Positions 14,466 to 25,539 of a stretch of DNA of 64,000 bases are shown piece by piece. Source of the DNA: Octopus sinensis (lineage: Eukaryota); contig NC_043001.1 of the NCBI RefSeq assembly GCF_006345805.1, positions 95,294,001 through 95,358,000 of the forward strand. Reading direction: 5' to 3'. Position 1 is the first letter of the stretch; every line of letters begins with the position of its first letter. A model generated the notes under the pieces. That model did not search any database and was not told where the DNA came from. It saw nothing but the letters and a program-made list of their open reading frames with translations. Made by a program: the position numbers and the translations under genes.

Positions 14466-15416
14466 GTATATAAATTTCTTTTCAGAATGAAATAGAAAAC
14501 CAAGGCTGTGAATATTTTAGGACATTTATAAATAGGACTTACAGCTGTTACCAGGATATTTATTATATCCCTTCATCGGATGCGGTGTGAGAAAATGGTT
14601 AAGCAATAGTTAATTTAGATAAGATATAACATAGAGAATGATGCGTAGGAATTAAAATAGATGTGAGATATGCATTTGTAGATCAATTATTTAGGTAGAA
14701 TTGTATACTTATAAGATTCCAATACCTGATATATATATAAGTTCAGCAAAATTTAGATTCAGATGAATATGTTGCTTAAGTTAAAGGCACCAGAATTTCA
14801 TATGGTATTATCCATATAATCAAATGGGGTGACTGTAATGTTGGCTAATGAAATAAGTATAAGAATGTATATTGTCCGTTTAATTAAAAATATCTATATG
14901 TGGTTGAAGATTGTTCGACATATATATATATATATATATAATATATATATATATGTATATGTATATAAATTTCTTTTCAGAATGAAATAGAAAACCAAGG
15001 CTGTGAATATTTTAGGACATTTATAAATAGGACTTACAGCTGTTACCAGGATATTTATTATATCCCTTCATCGGATGCGGTGTGAGAAAATGGTTAAGCA
15101 ATAGTTAATTTAGATAAGATATAACATAGAGAATGATGCGTAGGAATTAAAATAGATGTGAGATATGCATTTGTAGATCAATTATTTAGGTAGAATTGTA
15201 TACTTATAAGATTCCAATACCTGATATATATATAAGTTCAGCAAAATTTAGATTCAGATGAATATGTTGCTTAAGTTAAAGGCACCAGAATTTCATATGG
15301 TATTATCCATATAAATCAAATGGGGTGACTGTAATGTTGGCTAATGAAATAAGTATAAGAATGTATATTGTCCGTTTAATTAAAAATATCTATATGTGGT
15401 TGAAGATTGTTCGACA
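14460..15416. repeat. Near-identical tandem duplication (14460-14920 and 14955-15416), period 495-496 bp
   Basis: Both copies run GTATATGTATATAAATTTCTTTTCAG...GATTGTTCGACA. The only difference I saw is a 1-nt indel (CCATATAATC vs CCATATAAATC). Copies are bounded by (TA)n. Confidence 0.95.
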
Positions 15417-15437
15417 TATATATATATATATGTTTAA

Positions 15438-16112
15438 AGCAAAATAACTAGTTATAAAATCTCAAGAGAAAGTACAGTAACGCATACTAGACAGTAAATG
15501 ATTGTCACATCTAAGTGACAGTTAAATGTTACTATTAGTTTAACCTCAGGCAGATTCTTCAATACTTGGTTATCGTTGCAACGTTCTGCATCGTTTATAT
15601 ACTGTATATCGCTAGCAGGGGGAGCGAAAATCTGGTAACCTCCATCAGCTAACAGGATCGGAGAACTGTCCCAATTTCGAGCTTTTAGGCTCTCCGTCAG
15701 ACGCGCACACCCGTGTAACAGAGTGATAGCTTAGATCTGCTTCTGTCAGCAATATATTGTAAACAAAGTGACCATCGGTCACTAATTTGCAACAAGCAAG
15801 ATTACTGGTTATAGAATCTCAAGGAGAGATAGAGTAGAAGCGTATACTAAACAGTAAAGCGAGGTGCCACATTATAGTGACAGGTCTATGTATGTTACTA
15901 CTTGTTTAACCCCAGGCAAATATGCCGCTATCTGGATATCGATGCAACGTTCTGCAACCTTACACAATATACTGATAGTAGAGGTAGCGAACCATTACTA
16001 ACGTCCATCATCTAGCAGGATCGCGGGATTGGCCGCGTTCCGAGATAGTTGGCCCTTCATCAACGGCACACACCTGCACAATTGAGTAATAGCCAAGATC
16101 TGCCTCTGCCAG
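15438..16112 (-). repeat. Two diverged tandem units (~360-bp period), each with a hammerhead-like motif on the minus strand; PLE/retrozyme-like
   Basis: 15438-15749 and 15795-16112 share anchors GTTATA.AATCTCAAG, GTGACAG, TTTAACC.CAGGCA, TGCAACGTTCTGCA, CAGGATCG and AGATCTGC.TCTG.CAG. A related fragment lies at 45500-45630. Confidence 0.75.
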
Positions 16113-16407
16113 TTTCTTCCATTTCGCAGTTGCTATGTTAATCCAATAAAAATCAACTCACTTAGACCCTTCATTTATTTATTGTTAATTTGGAAGTGGC
16201 ATATTTTAATCATCTTAAAATTATTTCCCTTGGACAATTTATTTTATTTTGTACATGTACGAAAAGGACAAGAGACGCTTGAAACTCGGGACCACTTCTG
16301 TTGCATTTACCGTGAAAGTTTACACAAGAATTAACTTTAACTTTTTTATATCGACACTGTAGATTTTCTTCCTATACGCGGAGAGACACAGAGAGACACA
16401 CATATCC

Positions 16408-16435
16408 ATTATTATTATTATTATTATCATTATTA

Positions 16436-16502
<67 letters not shown>

Positions 16503-16905
16503 ACTAATCCTTCCTAAAACAGTGTAGGTAAAAATGCACTGTAGTCTCTAGTCATCTGTCAAGTCACAACAAACACCTTGGACAGATAATACTTTCTTTA
16601 AGATATGCGCTGTGTCCAATAACGCTGCTTTTTGCAAGACGCCAATCTTGCATAGGACTTCCAGTAATCTTAAGAAGTTTTGAAGTTTCAATGGGATTGA
16701 GCGCAACGCTGCGATCAACACTGGTATCACTTTTACATTACCCCCTCCCATTCTACACAGTCTTGCCATTTCCACTTTAAATGCGGAGTAATTGGTGATC
16801 TTTTCAACCTCCTTACTCACAACATTCATATCATTCGGTATGGCTACAGTAATGATCTGATAGTGTTTGTCTCAATTATTCAATACGACAATATCCGGCA
16901 CAGAA
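16408..16905 (-). mobile_element. 3' fragment of an R4/Dong-type RLE non-LTR retrotransposon with (AAT)n tail
   Basis: Minus strand reads VPDIVVLNN*DKHYQIITVAIPNDMNVVSKEVEKITNYSAFKVEMARL...VKVIPVLIAALRSIP...LQKAALLDTAHILKKVLSV (PD-(D/E)xK endonuclease C-terminus), then a short UTR and the (ATT)n tract at 16408-16502. Confidence 0.85.
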
Positions 16906-18756
16906 AGCATGGAAGTCCTCCAGACAAAGCAGAGACGCCAGATAATTTCAGAAAATACAAAGAAGTTCAACTCAAGCAGACTACAACTGGTGTATACATA
17001 TACGGATTTAATAAAACAAATTGTCTAAAACATATATTAACACATTCAACATATAGAGTTATAGAAATACAAATATATATATATATATGAATGTTAAAAA
17101 TATGCAAGGACAAATAATTTCTATACATATATAAATATAATGAAGTATAGATAAAAATATAGAAGCGGATAATAAAATATAGAAATATATTTCGTTTAAA
17201 GATTATTTAAATATTGTTTACAAATTTACCTTTCTATACTATTCCCATCTTACTATACTGTGTAGTCCACGGCATCAAACACGAACAATGTGCATACGCG
17301 AAATTGAAAATATAAAATGGCGACAATCTATACCTCACAAACTATATATATATATACATATACATACACGGATTCGCGTACGCATTCACATGCACACGCA
17401 CGCACACACATGCACACGTACACACACATGCATATGATCATATACATACAGTCCTGTGCGATTTGGTATATCTTTATATGCTTGTATCGGCACGGGTGCA
17501 CATTTATAATTTCTTTAGACACGAAATATGCAGCACAGAGAAGGTAAAATATTTAAATATTAATGTTAACTCTTATTAATAAAACTACGAGAATATGGAT
17601 AAGGTTGAGGTGTGCTTAATCATTGAAAAATTGCATTTGATTTTATAAAGCATATGTATCTGCTCGTTGTATATGCTATAATATTTTTTAACTATCATAC
17701 GTTAGCAATGGATCTTGGAAAAGTAATGTTCCATATAATACATTTACAGAAAATAAAGGTTTCCATTCTAAATTATTAGACTGAGATAATTTGACAAAAA
17801 CTGCATGTACATTAACATTTGGCCTCACTCGTAATTGCCGTGATGAACTGAATAGAAATATTGTCCCAGCAATTTACTAAGAATATTTTGTAATTTGAAA
17901 TTAATTGAATGCTAATGATTATTTCTTTCGTTCAGAATATAACTTTTAAAATGATTCAATTTTTTTTGTATCTAAATTTTAATTATATTTTCTAACTTCA
18001 ATAAAATCTATATATTTTCAGAGGGGAAAATAAAATTCACTACTTGAAATAATTTCTGTTATGCCAATGATAAATCAGAAGTGTAGCGTTAGCTATGCTA
18101 TGTCGTCTTTCGATGAATGTAATTAACTAAATCCATTTGTGACAATAACAATTATTTCTTCATCGAGGCATTTTATGAAGACATTCAATTTTTGTTTATG
18201 CCACGTTTTATGATTCAATTCAAATGATTTTTACAATCGTAGCACCTCATAAATTTGATAAGCTAAATGTTTCTAATTTACAGCATCACCGAAGTAAGGG
18301 CGCAAATCAAATGGAGGATTTAATTTCAAAAGCATGCGGGATGATCCAAGCAATTTCAAAAGGAATGGTTACGTGTTCTTTTTTTTTCAACAGTAAATGC
18401 GTAATACTGTATGTATGTGTTTATGTTTCTCTCTGTGTAAGTGTTTCTATGTCTATATATGTGCACACATCTCGAGACATATACACACAGACACGCCCCC
18501 CCCACACACACACAGACACATGCACACATATACATATGTGTATTCACCTTTTGCCTTCGACCACCCCCAAACTTTTATATTTACCATTGGAAGAAATAAA
18601 AATTGTCGAAGCCGCTTTCGCATTTTAAAAAGCCCGTAAAAAACTTTATAAATTACAATTCCCTTTTAAACGCAGGCGCATTTTCCTCCCCTAAGACAAG
18701 CTCCCATTTATTCTTCCTGAGTAAGAATGCCATTTTTTACTACAGACATATATATA

Positions 18757-18809
<53 letters not shown>

Positions 18810-18985
18810 TATATTTAAAATAATATGTGACAATTATCCGGTAGCCAAGATAAAACATGTATACATGCATATACGTAAACATACTGTGAGGTTTCTTGCG
18901 TGTGTAAGCGTGTTTATACGCATGCGTATGTGTCTGTGTATATTTGTAGCATTCACATGTCGACATATATATGCATATACCTATA

Positions 18986-19209
18986 TAGACGACGGGTGCT
19001 GAGAAGTTCCGGCCTCTAACAGCATCGGGAAATGTCTGGACGGAGCCCAAATTTCTGAGTTTTTTTCCACAGGGTATTTCATAACTGAAGCACATTTGCA
19101 ATAAAACTATGAATCTTAGAGGAGAATATGTCGATGGAAATAATAATTAAATGATACGTCTTAATGTTATTTTACTCACAGCCAGGTTCGTTTCAGCACG
19201 CATCATTTA
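18986..19209 (+). mobile_element. Mariner-derived MITE, copy 1 (copy 2 at 20156-20377)
   Basis: Imperfect TIRs (GGGTGCTGAGAAGTTCCGGC ... GCCAGGTTCGTTTCAGCACG) with TA at both ends. Internal CTTAGAGGAGAATATGTCGA (LRGEYVD) resembles the mariner transposase C-terminus. Confidence 0.7.
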
Positions 19210-19384
19210 TTGGAGTTTCGAATGCCGAGGTAGAAATACACACCACCATCTCTTCGGTTATCTGGCCATCTCACAGTTTTATCTTGGCTACCTCATAATT
19301 GTCACATATTACATTTACAGATAAATTTCCTCTATTTACATAATATTGACGTCTCTTTCTATCTTTTGTTATCTTACCGTTTTT

Positions 19385-19434
<50 letters not shown>

Positions 19435-19436
19435 AA

Positions 19437-19617
19437 CCTGTATTTTATAGGGTCAGCCTTATTACACTCTGTTTCACGCTGAATCTCCCCGAGACTTACA
19501 TTAAGGGTACACGTGTCTGTGGAGTGCTCAGCCATTTGCAAATTAATTCCACCAGCAGGGTGTTCTGCTAATCTGATCAAGAGGAACCCTCGTCGTCGTA
19601 ACCGATAGAGTGCCACG
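19437..19617 (-). mobile_element. SINE-like repeat family D fragment (plus-strand relative at 54170-54350)
   Basis: CACGCTGAATCTCCCCGAGAC..TAAGGGTACACGTGTCTGTGGAGTGCTCAGCCA is the reverse complement of a diverged match at 54190-54330 (GATCCGATCAA..ACAGCCTGCT..TTCAGCGTGACACAGA). Confidence 0.7.
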
Positions 19618-22600
19618 ACATAGATATGCGCACACACGCGCACCGCGAGCTCATGTGTGTGTGTGTATGTGTGCTAATTTCCCTTATGTTGGTTGGATTT
19701 GTTGTGGTAAATATATGTGAATTTTTTCGTATATCAAAGTTACATGATCCCAGATGACGAAAATTCAGTGATTGCATCAGAGCCTGTATTAATATTTTGT
19801 TATATTTTAGGTGCGCATCTGATTCTCCGTGTTGAATATCAACGTTTACCTCTCCCCGTCCCTTCTTTTCCTATCGCCACTAGGACTATGATGAATCCGT
19901 GAATTGGATGATGCTGGGAGCTGGGATTAGCTGACCAAGTAACACGATGGATATTTTTTATTTTGAATCTGGTTTGCGCTGACCCAGTGCCAAACTCCCA
20001 TCCTTGAAAATTATAGAGTTCTAAAGACATATACATGCATATACATAAACATATACACAGGTTTCTTGCGTGTGTAAGCGTGTTTATACGCATGCGTATG
20101 TGTCTGTGTATATTTGTAGCATTCACATGTCGACATATATATGCATATACATATTTAGACGACGGGTGCTGAGAAGTTCCTGCTTCTAACAGCATCGTGA
20201 AAGGTCTCGACAGAGCCCAAATTTCTGATTTTTTCCACAGGGTATAGAATAACTGAAGCACATTTGCAATAAAACTATGAAACTTAGAGGAGAATATGTC
20301 GACGGAAATCATAATTAACTGATACGTCTTAATGTTATTTTACTTACAGCCAGGATCGTTTCAGCACGCATCATTTATTGGTATACGTATATGCTTATAA
20401 ATGCTAATTGTACGTATAGTGTATACACGCACACAGACGCGCACGCACACACACGTGTATATATATATATAGGGAAAGTTTACGAAAAAACAAAAGACGA
20501 AGACATGTAGTGTACAAAACAAACAGATGTATTAGTATAACGCTCAGGAAAAAAAAGAAGTTTTTTACGTTTCGAGCCTACGCTCTTCTACAGAAAGGTA
20601 CACAGAATAAACAAGGAGTGAAAAAAAGATGGAGAGAAAACAGGAGAGAGAAAAGGAGAGAAAAAGGAGAGAAAAAAGGGGAGAAAAAAAGGAGAGAAAA
20701 TATATATATATACACGCATATCTTCATATAAGTAACATGTGTGTCTAAGAGAGCGTGTGAATTTCCTTATTCCTGTGTTCCATTTTGCCTCGCTTCGTAG
20801 GACGAATATCTGTTATAGGCGTGATATATGCTTGTGATTATTTGTGATAAACATTTGTTAAATTTTTTCCACAAAATATATTGCTTTCTTTTACATTTCT
20901 CTATTTTCCATCATAAACGGAAGTCATCGATATATATAAAATTCAATTTAAAGTTATAGCATGAAGGGAATTTTTTTTTCAAATTTTCTATCTTATATAA
21001 TATTCTTTTGATATGCATGGAGAAAGCAATCGCATTAAAGCAAACACGTTCTTGTTCTTACAAAGTTATTGCAGATATATTAGTTCTAAACGAAAGCGTA
21101 ACGCTATTTTACATCTCCTCTAGCAGTGTTACTAGCTGTGGTTATATCTTGAGAAATCTATCACGTGAGGAGTCGTTTTGTATGTGTCTATATATGAATA
21201 TGTGTGGTGTGATTGTGTGCGTATATGTGTATCTCGTTTTACACTCACTGTACACACACTCGTATATATACATGCATGCATTCGCATATGTATAGTGTGC
21301 GTGCGTTTGTGTCGGCACGTGTTATGTATATATTTCGAATAAAATGTTTTATTGAACAGTTATTTTCATAACATTTAATGCAACAATAAAAAGTGATTAC
21401 AATTTCAACGTGTTAGTGTATTTCTGTTATTATTTTTATACTAATAGGGACACATAAACAATGGCAAATTTTCGTCAATTGTTGCATGTATTATAGCAAA
21501 TGCGAAAAATAGCATACTCTTTTTCGATTTCTTCAGATATATTTTCTTACTTTCCTACTCAAAATAATATGCAATAACCATTCTCTGAAGAGAAGTGTGA
21601 AATGAGAGACGTAAGTCTCGCTGTTGATGGACAGTACCATACGTTTGTCAATATAAGTTAATGCTTAAGAGACAATGGTAGTCATAAAATAAGAATTATA
21701 TTATTTTCCTGTAGAGGATTTAAAAACAGTGAAACAATGCAGCGAAAATGGGTTCGACACAAAACTATTGGTGTGTTAAATCAAATCATAAAAGCTCACA
21801 CACTTACGCTTTGGTACTTAAATATACAGGAGTTTTAAGAAACAATCTCTGCATCTAAAGTACATTCAGTAAATGTAGAAACGTCAATCTATGCGAAACT
21901 TATATGTAAATATAGGTATAGTTAATGGCTGACAGTCGTATTATCTGAATCTTGGTGTAACGCTTACATTCCCTTGTTAGAAACCGTTTCCGAGAATTAA
22001 TACTGCAAATTGTGTCTCTACGGCAAAGAGATACATTATGTATATTCATATATTTTACCACTGTATACTTCAATGTCCTGTCATCTTTCCCTACTCTACG
22101 TGATGTTTTACCTATAGACGTTTTGCTCTCACCGTGTATTTTCCTGACATTGAAGGTCTGTGGTACTCTAATTTCAATAAACTTGCAATATAACCAACGG
22201 ATATGTTCTGAGACTTTACTGTTGTTAGTGTGAAAATCTTATTTTTAACTGATATTGACACATCAAATAGGTATATGAGAAAAAAAAAAACATTTTTCCC
22301 TACTGTTTGGGTTTTAAGATTTTTTTCCCTGTAATTGTCTAATAATTTAATCGGATTCAAACCTACGTGGGATGCCGTGAAACGTAGGAACTTCTAATGC
22401 ATTGCTGTCACGCCAAGAAAATGTCTTCTCGATAAAATTTCTTATGCCGCCTAATTGTTGCCATAACCTGCTCCATTAAATATGTCACACACCATTTTCA
22501 GTATTCTTCATGATGAAATATAAATGTATATTTTTTTCGAGAGGCTTTCAAGTTTGGTGTTAGGAAATGCTTCGTTGTATCAAAGATTTGCGTGAGTTAC

Positions 22601-22910
22601 ATGAAATACTAACGAGACTTCACAGTTGGCATTAAAGAGTTCACACGTGATAAAGAAAAACACATATTCACATACATATACAGACACATGCACATGCACA
22701 TTCATGCACAACAATTACACACACACGCACACACTCATACACGCGTACACACACATACGCGCGTGCGTACGATTAAATGTATATATATATATATATAAAT
22801 TTTAACTTTCCTTTGATATGCAATTTTCAAGATGGTGTAATTTGATTGTTCATTTTGAATCGATAAAAGGTGTTTTTTCTAATATTTCATGTATAAGCCT
22901 GTATATATAT

Positions 22911-22952
<42 letters not shown>

Positions 22953-23887
22953 GACATTGAAAGACACATCTTTCGATTTACAATTTAATATAGTAGAACA
23001 TTTAGTATATGTATGTATATGTATATATGTGTGTATATATATATATATTGCCTATTATATACATTATATTATTTTTGTAATTTACTTAATCTTTACTTTT
23101 TAATTGACATTTTAATTTTAACTTTCCTATGATATGCAATTTTCAAGACGGTGTAAGTTACTTGTTCATTTTGAATCGATAAAATGTGTTTTTTTTTTCC
23201 TAATATTTCATGTATAAGCATGTATATATCTATAGTGGTATACATATCAACACAATTTTTCACCTTCCCCCTTTTTTTTCTCTCTTCCCTTCTCCAAACT
23301 CACGGAAACCCACACACGCACACACACATGCACACACACACACATACACACGGACACACAGACACGGACACACACACACGGACACACACACAGACACATA
23401 CACACACACCTCCACAAAACTATCATAAAAAGTTGGAAGAATTCTTAAACCTAAAAAAGCATTTGACCTTTAAACATACACACACTCTCTCACAATGATA
23501 AAAGGAAATATAGTTTATGGCCTGGCTCCCCGCCATCACACTCTCAGTGACACTGTGAAGTGGTCAAAACTGAAATTCTTTCTTTGTTTTTTTCCTTGGA
23601 GTCAATATTCTGTCCAGCAAATCAAAAAAATTATTTTCTTCTTCCTCCCACTCCCTTCCCCTCTTTCTCTTTAGCATCCACACCAGATACAAAAACACAC
23701 ACACGCATACTCACATACACACATGTTCTCTCTCTCACTTTCTCCTCATCCATCACCCTCTTGTACTGTCTTATATTCCTCCCCACCACTACAAAATTCT
23801 ATAAAATGGTCAAATCTCCTCACATAAAACTTAGTTTGATTTGAAATCCCACTAGAATAGGAGAAAGCGCTAATGATCTAAGTGATA

Positions 23888-23991
<104 letters not shown>

Positions 23992-24061
23992 ATGTAATAT
24001 ACAAATAGATATCTGTAAATATAAACCATCTGATCTGAGTACCTGATTTCTTCTAATATAT

Positions 24062-24075
24062 ATAGATAGATAGAT

Positions 24076-24112
<37 letters not shown>

Positions 24113-24113
24113 T

Positions 24114-24203
<90 letters not shown>
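24062..24203. repeat. (GATA)n microsatellite, ~140 bp (others at 51718-51770 and 55255-55520)
   Basis: Read directly from the sequence. Confidence 0.95.
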
Positions 24204-24204
<1 letters not shown>

Positions 24205-25259
24205 TGATTATGCTTACAGGTACTATGAAAATATTGTCTCTTCTATGTGTTTGTGTTGAATTATTATGACAGCATAAATGTTCCCAAGACAGAGGTTATA
24301 TCGAAGGTGAATGTAGAATTTGTTTCTCGTAATTTATAATATCTAGCCAAAGAAATATATGCAGTACTTGAAGTGATATTATTAAGTGATTAAATGAATA
24401 TTCCATGTTCTTCTTCACGTCTACGGTATTCGCTACGTACTATTTCCTACGTTATGATTTAATATATATGGTTACTGTTATTTGAAATTGTTTTAAATGC
24501 ATTCATATACAATTAATATACAGGTAGCAACAATTAATAGATATCTCTAAAACATAAAGGAAGGATCTCTCATTTGTCTGTGCAGGCTACGAAATGTGTT
24601 ATGAATTTTACAAGATTGATAGTCATAATTGTTGCATATTTCATGTTATATAACGTTTTATTAAATATAAATTTGCGAGGCTCCTGTGCTTGTTATGCTA
24701 CAACAAATCAGAAGTACCAACTTCGTTTAGTTGGCTGTGGCCTTTCAATATTTCCCTGTATTCAGCACGAGGGATACTTGTACGGTGTCTACTCACCGCC
24801 TACCACACGCAAACGCACTCACACACATACATACACATTTATATGCTACCTTTGCAGAATCGTAAAGCGTTTAGAAAAACTAATATTTTGGTGTAGGTGT
24901 AACGAAAATATTAACGAAAAAGAGGTTTACATGATCGTAGGATTTAAAAAGATTATTCCGGAACGTAACAAGGCGTCCATTTATAAAAAAGACTGCATTG
25001 TGATAAAATTTAAAAAACAGTGCATATGTTGTATGTGAGTATGTGATTGAAGATGTGTCTGTTTAAGTACATGGAATGTTTGTGTAGTATGTGTTGGTTA
25101 GCTTCTTATACACATGATTATAAAAAAGTATAAGCAATACTGGATGAAAATGCAGAATTTTTATGAGAAATCCACGTTCCGATGAACTAAGGACTTACTG
25201 TTCTATAACACACACACACACACACACGCACGCGCGCATACGCATGTGCACATATGTAT

Positions 25260-25481
<222 letters not shown>

Positions 25482-25539
25482 GGAGATAGGGGTACGTTAC
25501 GCCGCAATGATATATGTATAGAAATTAAATATAAAATAT

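Noticed and set aside
14486-14590. Acceptor-like TTCTTTTCAG followed by 34 open codons within the tandem duplication
   Set aside because: Unrecognisable peptide, no supporting upstream exon, and common by chance in AT-rich DNA.
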